Of a DNA stretch of 12,406 nucleotides, positions 1 to 6,531 are shown in pieces (position 1 is the stretch's first letter; every line of letters begins with the position of its first letter). The DNA comes from a virus: UHGV virus genome UHGV-0130052. One strand, 5' to 3'. Below the pieces are notes generated by a model. It searched no databases, had not been told where the DNA came from, and saw only the letters and a program-made list of their open reading frames with translations. Position numbers and translations under genes: made by a program.

Positions 1-54
1 AGCAGCGCATTCGTAATGCGAAGGTCGTAGGTTCGACTCCTATTATCGGCACCA
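1..54 (+). tRNA. thrW: tRNA-Thr (anticodon CGU), 3' portion only; the 5' end lies upstream of the window
   Basis: Anticodon loop CATTCGTAATGCG (CGT at 13-15), T-arm GGTTCGACTCC, acceptor 3' strand TATCGGC, discriminator A and encoded CCA ending at 54. Matches the enterobacterial thrW sequence as I recall it; the symbol assumes an enterobacterial-type host. Confidence 0.85.
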
Positions 55-55
55 T
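36..55. repeat. attL core: tRNA 3'-end copy of the 20-bp direct repeat ACTCCTATTATCGGCACCAT
   Basis: Identical 20-mer recurs at 12321-12340 in the same orientation; overlaps the tRNA 3' end as expected for tRNA-targeted site-specific integration. Confidence 0.8.
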
Positions 56-660
56 CAAGAAAATCAATAACTTAGCTTAACTTCTCTAAGAAATTGTATC
101 TTCTGTTATCACTTACAAACGCCTATACGTTGTTATGGGCTTTTGGTAGTTTAACACGTATGGGCGAGTAGTTCCCAGGCTCAACCTCGTAACAAGTTCC
201 TTTGAAGCTGGAAGACGTGCCACCGTCTCTAAACCTTCTACCAAAACTCTTAGCAAGATGTTCCACACCTGGCGCGGTGTCCAATGATGCTACACGTCGT
301 GAGACGTTGCAGAGGATAAACAGGCTAAATGATGGGAAGAGTTTTAAGTGCAATAGTGGATTAAAGCCCACCTCTTCAAAACCTAACTTGATCGGGAAAG
401 AATCAAGCTCTAGCACGGTTTCGTCCACCGGAGTACAACGGGTGCCTGATAAGAGAAGAACTGCTAAGACTTCATAGCTTTTGTGAAAAAGCCCTTTTTA
501 GTGGATACGCCTACGGCGCTTATTTTTTGGTATAACCATCAAAGGCGCTTTATGGCTCCTATTGTCTTGAAAATGTATCTTTACTTGTATTGTGTTTTAT
601 GCGTAGTCTCCCTGTGTAGTATGTAACTTGTTAATTTTCATATGAATACAGAGGCACACG

Positions 661-813
661 ATGAAAAACATTGCAGCTATCAAACGTAATAACCGCAAGA
701 TTCACGCTCGTAAGTTCCTGTCTACGCCAGAAGGAAAAGCCTGGCTAGAGCGTAAACAGCGAGAGAACGAAGAAAGAAAACTCCTTAGTGAGTTGAAATG
801 GCTTAAGGATTGA
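661..813 (+). CDS. Small basic hypothetical protein (50 aa), MKNIAAIKRNNRKIHARKFLSTPEGKAWLERKQRENEERKLLSELKWLKD
   Basis: ORF below the track cutoff, translated by hand; GAGG upstream of ATG; followed by a hairpin at 824-865. No family recognised. Confidence 0.3.
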   Translation: MKNIAAIKRNNRKIHARKFLSTPEGKAWLERKQRENEERKLLSELKWLKD

Positions 814-823
814 ATCACCAGTA

Positions 824-865
824 GGCGCATAACACATCCAGCGATCAAAGATGTGTTTATGCGCC
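824..865 (+). terminator. Possible intrinsic terminator (imperfect 15-bp stem, 11-nt loop) after the 661-813 ORF
   Basis: GGCGCATAACACATC ... GATGTGTTTATGCGCC inverted repeat with one bulge; the T-rich run only follows after ~20 nt, so weak. Confidence 0.3.
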
Positions 866-958
866 TGATAGTGAAATTATTAAAGTTTTTTAGTTAATGT
901 AGCCATTGCATGAACGATGATCGCTAGTGAATCGATTTTATCTCGAGGGGTAAAATAG

Positions 959-1054
959 ATGAGGTATATGATGGTAACAATTACAGCTAAAGTAATTGTG
1001 GTTCTGCAGGTTTTTAAAATGGATGAGATAAAGCGCATAGATACCCCCTATTGA
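959..1054 (+). CDS. Small hydrophobic peptide (31 aa), MRYMMVTITAKVIVVLQVFKMDEIKRIDTPY
   Basis: GAGGGG Shine-Dalgarno 9 nt upstream of ATG; hydrophobic core; hand-translated, not in ORF track. Confidence 0.2.
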   Translation: MRYMMVTITAKVIVVLQVFKMDEIKRIDTPY

Positions 1055-1356
1055 TTTAACAATAGCAAAGTATCATTTATTTTTTATTGCGCGCAACATG
1101 CAAATTTTCACATATAATAGTTTACTATTCACTTTGTATGGTGTCAACAAGATGATGTGTTGTTTTGTTTGATTTGTTCAAGATAATGTTTCATTTTCTC
1201 ATCTATATAACTTGTGTTTTAGATAATTTCACTAATTGTAAAAGTTACGTATTGCTTAATAGCTACCTTTTTATCTGAAATCGGCGCAGACGTGATCAAT
1301 GTTTAACGCGAAGATCAGCGGCGTCAGGTCCACGCAGCGACAATTCTCAAATATCA

Positions 1357-1375
1357 AGGAGGCATTACGCCTCCT
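1357..1375 (-). terminator. Hairpin over the stop codon of the recombinase gene (possible terminator)
   Basis: AGGAGGC-ATTAC-GCCTCCT 7-bp GC-rich stem; downstream on the minus strand is UUGAUAUUUGA, only moderately U-rich. Confidence 0.25.
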
Positions 1376-1904
1376 CTTCTTCCTTCTTGATACGTTGCAC
1401 CGTTGAAGGAGCAACATTAAAGCTCTCGGCGGTTTTACGCACTGACAGGCCATCAGAAAGGGCTTTCTTTATACCTTCTCGATCCACTGCTTTTCCATTA
1501 CCACGTTTTGTAGGATTGACGGCTTGCGCTTCTCGTTTACGTTCTAACATCAGTTCACGTTCACACGTTGCAACTGCCGACAACATCGTAAGCATCATCT
1601 TTCCCATCGCGCTTGTAATGTCTGCAATGATTCCTTCTTTGTGAAATCGAACAATTACACCTCGATTATTAAGTTGTTCAACTAAAGCAAGGATGTCTAA
1701 GGTGTTACGTCCTAAACGGTCGAGAGAGTGCACGTGTAAGGTGTCGCCTTCTCTCAGATAGGCTAAACACGCTTGTAAGCCTGGGCGGTTAGTGTCTTTA
1801 CCAGACAGCTTATCTTCAAAGACTTTATCGAGAGTTACTCCTGCAAGCTGGCGATCAGTGTTCTGATCTACAGTGCTCACACGCTTATAACCGATATTGC
1901 TCAT
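1365..1904 (-). CDS. Serine recombinase, resolvase/invertase family (179 aa) with C-terminal HTH
   Basis: N-terminal GYKRVSTVDQNTDRQ catalytic-serine motif; SLDRLGRN and SAMGKMMLTMLSAVATCERELMLER segments resemble Tn3 TnpR/Hin as I recall them; C-terminal SVRKTAESFNVAPSTVQRI HTH; AAGAGGA Shine-Dalgarno before the start. Confidence 0.9.
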   Translation of the reverse strand: MSNIGYKRVSTVDQNTDRQLAGVTLDKVFEDKLSGKDTNRPGLQACLAYLREGDTLHVHSLDRLGRNTLDILALVEQLNNRGVIVRFHKEGIIADITSAMGKMMLTMLSAVATCERELMLERKREAQAVNPTKRGNGKAVDREGIKKALSDGLSVRKTAESFNVAPSTVQRIKKEEEEA

Positions 1905-1943
1905 AAAATCCTCTTAATGTGTCGATTTGGCACTACTTCAATG

Positions 1944-1979
1944 CAAATGAGTATACCGTATTCATTTGGTCTGTTTCAA
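1944..1979 (-). promoter_or_regulatory. Putative recombinase promoter (-35 TTGAAA, 18-bp spacer, -10 TATACT on minus strand) overlapping an imperfect dyad CAAATGAGTATAC-C-GTATTCATTTG (res site I candidate)
   Basis: Hexamers read directly on the minus strand at 1974-1979 and 1950-1955; the dyad spans 1944-1968 and overlaps the -10. Classic resolvase autoregulatory layout. Confidence 0.45.
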
Positions 1980-2026
1980 GCCTTATGGGTACGGAATATT
2001 ACACGATTTAGCTGTATTCATTTGGT
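1958..2026. repeat. Direct repeat GTATTCATTTGGT x2 (1958-1970, 2014-2026), candidate accessory resolvase subsites
   Basis: Exact 13-mer repeated 56 bp apart immediately upstream of the recombinase gene. Confidence 0.5.
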
Positions 2027-2047
2027 ATGCCTAATGGATACACAGGG

Positions 2048-2477
2048 GGATAGATTAAATGATGTTCTGTTTATACAGGTTTATTTGTTAGATCAACAAT
2101 TTGGCATTTCTAAACAGATGTTTGAACGTTGCCAAATGTCTTGACAACACAAGAAAAGGGCTTGCTATGCCACGCATTACACGAAATAAGGCTGTAAAAA
2201 CAAAATAAATTTTAAAATTTGCACAAACGAGAAAACTCGTTCAGAAACAAGCAGAACAATTTTTAGCCAACAATTTATGATGGTGCTTTGTAAGCCGCAT
2301 TACACAAGGCTTTGCGAAAGTGATGTAAAAGTGAAGAAAGTGAGAATTGCACTTTTAGCTACTTTTTCATTGAATTTTTAGTATGGAATTACACAGGGAA
2401 TAGAGAGCATTATTCTATGATTTACACAGGGAATATAGGGGGATTATGGCACACACATAGAAAGACATTACACAGAG
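2048..2477. repeat. Iteron-like family: TTACACAGGGAATA (2389-2402 and 2422-2435, exact), ATACACAGGGGGATAG (2048-2063), CGCATTACAC (2173-2182, 2296-2305), CATTACACAG (2466-2475)
   Basis: Exact and near-exact direct repeats seen in sequence; two perfect 14-mers are 33 bp apart. A degenerate copy ATTACATAAGGGAAT sits at ~3432-3446. Confidence 0.6.
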
Positions 2478-2520
2478 TGCTATGTGACAAATGGATGTAA
2501 CGGTAGGTCATAGTGAGCTA

Positions 2521-2609
2521 CCCCCACAGAATTCTGTTAATCTTAACTTTTAAAGAGATTTGTACCCTAACAAAATTCTGTTACCCCACCCCCACAGAAT
2601 TCTGTTACC
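2521..2609. repeat. Three ~20-bp iterons each containing a 12-bp palindrome: CCCCCACAGAATTCTGTTA (2521-2540, 2589-2608) and variant CCCTAACAAAATTCTGTTACCCC (2565-2587)
   Basis: ACAGAATTCTGT is a perfect palindrome; copies are direct repeats flanked by C-runs and are immediately followed by an AT-rich tract. Confidence 0.7.
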
Positions 2610-2670
2610 TATTAGATCATTTATTAAATTACTTATTAAATTATAATATTATATATTTATTTATATGATC
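2610..2670. other. AT-rich tract (almost pure A/T), candidate DNA-unwinding element of an origin
   Basis: TATTAGATCATTTATTAAATTACTTATTAAATTATAATATTATATATTTATTTATATGATC directly downstream of the palindromic iterons. Confidence 0.4.
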
Positions 2671-2840
2671 TTTTGCCTTCCGGCGTTAGCTTCACTCTCT
2701 GGCAAGCAGCCTTACTCCGCTACCTTTCGGGCTACGTTGGCTGGCCCGTTCCGCTCACACCGAAAGCAAAGCGTTACTTTCTTCGTGTAACTATCGTTGG
2801 CGGTAACGCCCACGAAGAAATACTATTGCGCTGTGCGCAG
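2671..2840. other. GC-rich, highly self-complementary island in an otherwise AT-rich non-coding region (candidate structured RNA or cis-acting DNA site; strand unknown)
   Basis: Perfect 10-bp stem TTTCTTCGTG (2778-2787) / CACGAAGAAA (2811-2820) enclosing a GGCG-GTAA-CGCC hairpin (2799-2810); CTTTCGG (2724-2730) / CCGAAAG (2760-2766); TGCGC-TGT-GCGCA hairpin (~2827-2839). The overlapping ORF 2673-2951 looks non-coding. Confidence 0.3.
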
Positions 2841-3476
2841 AAGAGTAATCACCTAACCAATCATACTGATTGCTTATGTGTTAACTCTATCTCTCTACTC
2901 TTAATTACCCTCCTACATTTAATAACTCTGTTATTCTCTGTAGTTGTGTAATTGTTTTCGGTGGAAAAGCCAGAGGCGACACCGAAAGAGAATTCTGATC
3001 TTATTAATCTTATCTATCTTAGTTAATCTTCTTACTTATCTTACTTACTTTATCTACTTTATTATTAATAATAGCTTTATAAGCTCTCTGCGTAGCTCTC
3101 TGACGCAAGAAACAGCATTCAGGAAGGGAATCACCTTAGAAAAGTGTTCTTTGCGTCATAATGTGTTTTATGAAGGATTCAGAGGTGTTTCATAACAGGA
3201 ATGTATAGAGGATACTTTAATTAATTAAAAATAAGGGGTCTAAATGCTTCTCTAACAGCATTAAGCAGGGTAGGGAATGGAAACGCATTGCCTACACATA
3301 TAAGCTCACTACAGGGCTTTACAGGGCGTTTTATAAAGTGACTCTCTATCTTATATCTACCATTACCTTTTCATATACCTAACAAATACAAAATAAGCCC
3401 CTTAAATAAGCCTCTGGCGAGCTAAACAGCCATTACATAAGGGAATGTATTGCTTTTATCAAAATCTCGTTATAAC

Positions 3477-3496
3477 GCGTTTTAGAGCGTTTTAGA
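3477..3496. repeat. Tandem direct repeat GCGTTTTAGA x2, candidate operator ~85 bp upstream of the 3581 promoter
   Basis: Exact 10-bp tandem duplication seen in sequence. Confidence 0.5.
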
Positions 3497-3580
3497 CAAT
3501 AATGAAGAATGGCACTACACAGAAGAGCACGAGTTGCTCGTAAGTGCATGAAAAAGATCGATTTTTTTCGGAAGGGGTAT

Positions 3581-3609
3581 TGACAAACGTCTCTTTCTGT
3601 GCAATAATA
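3581..3609 (+). promoter_or_regulatory. Sigma70-like promoter: -35 TTGACA (3581-3586), 17-bp spacer, -10 AATAAT (3604-3609), for the 3733-5986 operon
   Basis: Consensus -35 with optimal spacer; near-consensus -10; ~120 nt upstream of a gene with a strong AGGAGG ribosome-binding site. Confidence 0.5.
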
Positions 3610-3732
3610 GGAATTAGAGGGGACAGGAATAGATTCTTATCCTCTAAATAATTAAACCAATGCACCGCACTTTGAAGCCCAAGGCTTGCAAGGTGTTTTT
3701 TCTTTTAACCAAATAGAATAGGAGGTTAATTA

Positions 3733-3921
3733 GTGAAGTATTTCACTTCTCAAGATGTAGTTGAAGCCTGGAAACGTGGTGAGATCAACCGCTTTAAAGT
3801 AAGGATGTATAGAAACACCGCTCGCCGTTGTGGTTATCCAGAGCGTGAAAAATGTTTTGACGATGCACTGAAAATTATTGATGAACTGCGTAAAGCTGAG
3901 AAAGAAGCTGAGAAAGAATAA
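3733..3921 (+). CDS. Small hypothetical protein (62 aa), GTG start, charged C-terminal tail
   Basis: AGGAGG 7 nt upstream of GTG; first gene of the rightward operon. No family recognised. Confidence 0.55.
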   Translation: MKYFTSQDVVEAWKRGEINRFKVRMYRNTARRCGYPEREKCFDDALKIIDELRKAEKEAEKE

Positions 3922-3943
3922 TAGACAAGAGAAGGAGAAAACT

Positions 3944-4111
3944 ATGAGCGAAACTAAGAAACCAATTCCGCGCACTTACCTACACGTTGACCCTGAAATC
4001 TTCAAGGTTTTATTTGCTGAAGCCAAGAAAAGGCAAATTATGGTCAGTGATTTGATGTTAGAAATCATTACTGAAGCAGCAGAGAACATCAAACAAAAAA
4101 AGGGTAAGTGA
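3944..4111 (+). CDS. Putative ribbon-helix-helix (CopG/Arc-like) DNA-binding protein (55 aa)
   Basis: AGGAG 6 nt upstream of ATG 3944 (internal start of track ORF 3878-4111); N-terminal basic strand RTYLHV followed by two predicted helices, typical RHH layout. Judged by eye. Confidence 0.5.
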   Translation: MSETKKPIPRTYLHVDPEIFKVLFAEAKKRQIMVSDLMLEIITEAAENIKQKKGK

Positions 4112-4162
4112 TCCTCATTCACTTTAGTAGCGCATTAAGCGTGATTTATAAGGAGATTTTTA

Positions 4163-4816
4163 ATGATTAATGAAGAACAATTTGTAAAAGTTCCTATGTG
4201 GATTCTAAAAATAAGCCAAGTAAACGGGCATAAATTTACAGATAGTGCTAAAAACCTTTACTGCTATCTGAAAGGGTTTGATCGTGCATTTCCCTCTTAC
4301 GCTAAGATAGGCGATGTTTTTGGCATAACACCAAGAGCAGCAGAGGAAAGGGTTAAGAAATTGCTCGAAATGGGATTAATTATAAAAGATGCACGACCAG
4401 GAAGTTCTAATGTCTATCAAGTGGTAGATATTCCACAAGAAGAAGCTAGACAAGAAGCCAAGACACAACAAGAAGCTACTGTTAAAGCTGTTCCTGATCA
4501 GCTTCCGCCTACGGAAGATAATAAACAGCCTTCTTTTGATGTTCTTGATGATTGGGATACGCCTTTACCGTGGGAGACGGAAGAAACACCTGTTTCATCA
4601 AGTGAAAAGGTAGCTAATGATAATGAGGAGGATGTGTTAGAAAATTTTGCCTCTCTTATTATCAAGCAGAAGAATACCAGAACAGCAGGGGCATCATTTA
4701 TAGAATTTGCAAATTCACTAGCTTATAGACACGGGCTAAAACGACCAAATGGTATTGAGGCATATTTTGCTAAGAAACATCCCAAAGTATACGAAGACTT
4801 TGATATTCCATTTTAA
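4163..4816 (+). CDS. Putative replication initiator/replisome-organiser-like protein: N-terminal winged-HTH, acidic C-terminal region (217 aa)
   Basis: AAGGAG Shine-Dalgarno; N-terminal segment (YAKIGDVFGITPRAAEERVKKLLEMGLI) has the look of phage/plasmid initiator wHTH domains; acidic DDWDTPLPWETEETP stretch. Function is inferred, not demonstrated. Confidence 0.45.
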   Translation: MINEEQFVKVPMWILKISQVNGHKFTDSAKNLYCYLKGFDRAFPSYAKIGDVFGITPRAAEERVKKLLEMGLIIKDARPGSSNVYQVVDIPQEEARQEAKTQQEATVKAVPDQLPPTEDNKQPSFDVLDDWDTPLPWETEETPVSSSEKVANDNEEDVLENFASLIIKQKNTRTAGASFIEFANSLAYRHGLKRPNGIEAYFAKKHPKVYEDFDIPF

Positions 4817-4827
4817 TAAGGAGGGTT

Positions 4828-5103
4828 ATGATTCAATATTTAGTAAAAAATCAAGTAGACAGAATTCAGTGTAATGACACAGGAAAACGCATCTACGAAA
4901 CACTTGCTTACCTCTATAAAGGAAAGCCAACACCGCTAAAATATAGCGATGTGTTACACCGAGCAGGGTGCTCTGAAGATGGTTTAAAATTCTGGCTGAA
5001 ACAGCTATCAAACTTCGGTGTTATTGAGATTAAAGAATTATCTTTCTCTACATTCAATCTCAAAAGACTAGATAAAGAAATAGAATTCTATTCCACTCTC
5101 TAA
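4828..5103 (+). CDS. Hypothetical protein, possible small winged-HTH protein (91 aa)
   Basis: Strong AAGGAGGG ribosome-binding site; tightly packed behind the preceding gene; no family recognised. Confidence 0.55.
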   Translation: MIQYLVKNQVDRIQCNDTGKRIYETLAYLYKGKPTPLKYSDVLHRAGCSEDGLKFWLKQLSNFGVIEIKELSFSTFNLKRLDKEIEFYSTL

Positions 5104-5235
5104 AATCTCTCTATGTAATTAAAATATAAAAGGAAAACATTATTATGATAGTAGCTATGTATTGGTTATTGTTCTTTATCACGTTAGAAACATATTTCGG
5201 GGTGTTTTCCTTTAAAAGAAAAGGAAAAGTAAATA

Positions 5236-5646
5236 ATGGCAAAAAGAAAAAACAATGTTGTTAAGAAAATCGGGGATTCAGCTTCTCTTCTAAGTAAACC
5301 TAAATCTATTCTAAGACGCAAAGACTTTAAAGAGCTAGTTACGCTCACCAAGCATAATAGCGCCCCTGGCGAATGGAAAACAGAGATCATAGAACATTCT
5401 CCCTCTGTGCCTTGTGGAGATGAATTTAACGCATTACAAGAAATCTTATCTTCAACACCTGGCGTATTCTGGAAACCTAGAAAAAGAAAAGAGTATATTG
5501 TTGATAGCTCTGATTTACGCAAATACCAGATTTTAGGATTTGAAGACTATAACCACTACGTTGGTTATCTCGCCACCAATGGCCTAAATAATTTAGTTCC
5601 TGAATTCCAAATTTTAGATAATGCTGATCACTATGGAGACTTTTAA
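5236..5646 (+). CDS. Hypothetical protein with basic N-terminus (136 aa)
   Basis: Same strand and operon; AAGGA upstream; the antisense ORF 5184-5522 is rejected in its favour. Confidence 0.5.
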   Translation: MAKRKNNVVKKIGDSASLLSKPKSILRRKDFKELVTLTKHNSAPGEWKTEIIEHSPSVPCGDEFNALQEILSSTPGVFWKPRKRKEYIVDSSDLRKYQILGFEDYNHYVGYLATNGLNNLVPEFQILDNADHYGDF

Positions 5647-5647
5647 T

Positions 5648-5986
5648 ATGAACAAAAACACGTATGATACAATTTACTCACTAATTAATTATTATGAGGA
5701 TGATTACCTCCTGCCTTTAAACCGCGCTGAACTTGATGCATATAAAGAAAACACCCCAGCGGCACTAAATGAGGCGTTTAAACACTGGGATTTAGCTGTG
5801 AATGCCTTTGAGCACCTCTGTAAGCGTGTAGAGATGCTCTGTAAGCGTGAAAACGCATATCTGACAGCCGATCAGATATGGGAGCTATCAAACTGGATAG
5901 AAGATATTGAATCTGATGTTCGCTATGTAGGAGACGGCCTTGTTGAACTAGCTCAACGCTTAGGCGCTACTATCACAGAAGAATAA
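5648..5986 (+). CDS. Hypothetical protein (112 aa from ATG 5648; track ORF begins at 5621)
   Basis: ATG 5648 lies 1 nt after the upstream stop with GGAGAC 7 nt ahead; the 5621 start would overlap the previous gene by 26 nt. Confidence 0.5.
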   Translation: MNKNTYDTIYSLINYYEDDYLLPLNRAELDAYKENTPAALNEAFKHWDLAVNAFEHLCKRVEMLCKRENAYLTADQIWELSNWIEDIESDVRYVGDGLVELAQRLGATITEE

Positions 5987-6015
5987 AAAAAGCAACAAAA
6001 AAGTTGTAAAATATC

Positions 6016-6044
6016 TTGACATTTCATCTATTGTATGTTAATAT
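6016..6044 (+). promoter_or_regulatory. Sigma70-like promoter: -35 TTGACA (6016-6021), 17-bp spacer, -10 TAATAT (6039-6044), upstream of the capsid-containing operon
   Basis: Consensus -35, optimal spacer, near-consensus -10; a second -10-like hexamer (AATTAT/TATATA) follows immediately. Confidence 0.55.
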
Positions 6045-6181
6045 AATTATATAGGGTGATTATTTTTCCTTTATTGGTTCGATATTAAAAATTCTTCTTG
6101 TCGTTAAAGGGGAGTAAAATCTCCGCTCCCCGCTTCTCCTCCTTAAGTAAATACTGTGTCATTATTACCTCTTTTTTCCTT

Positions 6182-6214
6182 TGTTATGCATACATCTTGG
6201 AGTGTGCATAACAT
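6182..6214. promoter_or_regulatory. Inverted repeat TGTTATGCA-N14-TGCATAACA in the operon leader (candidate protein-binding site or RNA hairpin)
   Basis: 9-bp perfect arms seen in sequence. Confidence 0.4.
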
Positions 6215-6227
6215 AGGGTAATTACAA

Positions 6228-6257
6228 AGGCGGCTTTAAATGCTGCCTTTTATTTTG
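6228..6257 (+). terminator. Intrinsic terminator inside the leader, ~60 nt upstream of the first gene of the capsid operon
   Basis: AGGCGGC-TTTAAAT-GCTGCCT stem (7 bp, one G-U) followed by TTTATTTTG. Confidence 0.5.
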
Positions 6258-6264
6258 CCCGTTA

Positions 6265-6282
6265 TACAACTTAAAAGTTGTA
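6265..6282. promoter_or_regulatory. Perfect 18-bp palindrome TACAACTTAAAAGTTGTA between the leader terminator and the first operon gene
   Basis: Exact dyad symmetry seen in sequence, ~37 bp upstream of ATG 6319. Confidence 0.4.
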
Positions 6283-6318
6283 TTTCTTACTTTAAACAAG
6301 GTAACAAGGTTTATATAA

Positions 6319-6531
6319 ATGTTGTTTTTAAACGATAAAGAGCAAATCATCAAGTATAAAGATGAAATGCTGAAAATTAATCCACAAATTACCGAAATGG
6401 TAGCTAAATACGCTGGGTGTTCTGTAGAGGAAGTAGAAAGATGTGTTGAAAAATATTTTTCTCCTTCTTCTCCGTCTACACCTTCCCTTAATGAACTAAT
6501 CAAATTAAAAGCTAAGGAGATTACTAAATGA
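6319..6531 (+). CDS. Small hypothetical protein (70 aa)
   Basis: Stop overlaps the next start (ATGA), suggesting translational coupling; weak ribosome-binding site. Confidence 0.4.
   Translation: MLFLNDKEQIIKYKDEMLKINPQITEMVAKYAGCSVEEVERCVEKYFSPSSPSTPSLNELIKLKAKEITK

Noticed and set aside
123-477. Overlapping ORFs 123-428 (minus) and 202-477 (plus) next to the tRNA
   Set aside because: Mutually exclusive, no ribosome-binding site noted, low-complexity products; more likely a non-coding attP arm. Left unresolved and not called as CDS.
1271-1644. ORFs 1271-1453 (minus) and 1387-1644 (plus) overlapping the recombinase gene
   Set aside because: Shadow frames of the well-supported serine recombinase CDS; Cys/Arg-rich, implausible products.
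1365-1904. DNA invertase controlling an invertible promoter or gene segment
   Set aside because: No pair of inverted crossover sites flanking a segment was found; the upstream dyad plus direct repeats and promoter overlap fit a resolvase res site better. Cannot be fully excluded without functional data.
1917-2144. ORF 1917-2144 (plus, 75 aa)
   Set aside because: Lies entirely within the res-like and iteron repeat region upstream of the recombinase; the product looks like translated repeat DNA.
2526-2605. ACAGAATTCTGT palindromes as restriction-modification recognition sites
   Set aside because: They contain GAATTC, but there is no restriction enzyme or methyltransferase gene in the element; their direct-repeat context next to an AT-rich tract points to iterons.
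2380-2610. Possible CRISPR array suggested by short direct repeats
   Set aside because: Repeats are few, of two different families, irregularly spaced (24-46 bp) and partly degenerate; no cas genes or leader. Iterons fit better.
2673-3195. ORFs 2673-2951 and 2944-3195 (plus)
   Set aside because: Low-complexity translations (runs of L/I/T/Y) over hairpin-rich and AT-repeat DNA; no ribosome-binding sites; better explained as non-coding structure.
3730-5522. Antisense ORFs 3730-3975, 4826-5011 and 5184-5522 (minus)
   Set aside because: Each is the reverse frame of a plus-strand gene that has a strong Shine-Dalgarno sequence and operon context; products are hydrophobic or low complexity.
6222-6503. 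ORF 6222-6503 (minus)
   Set aside because: Overlaps the leader terminator and the plus-strand gene 6319-6531, which is translationally coupled to the next gene.
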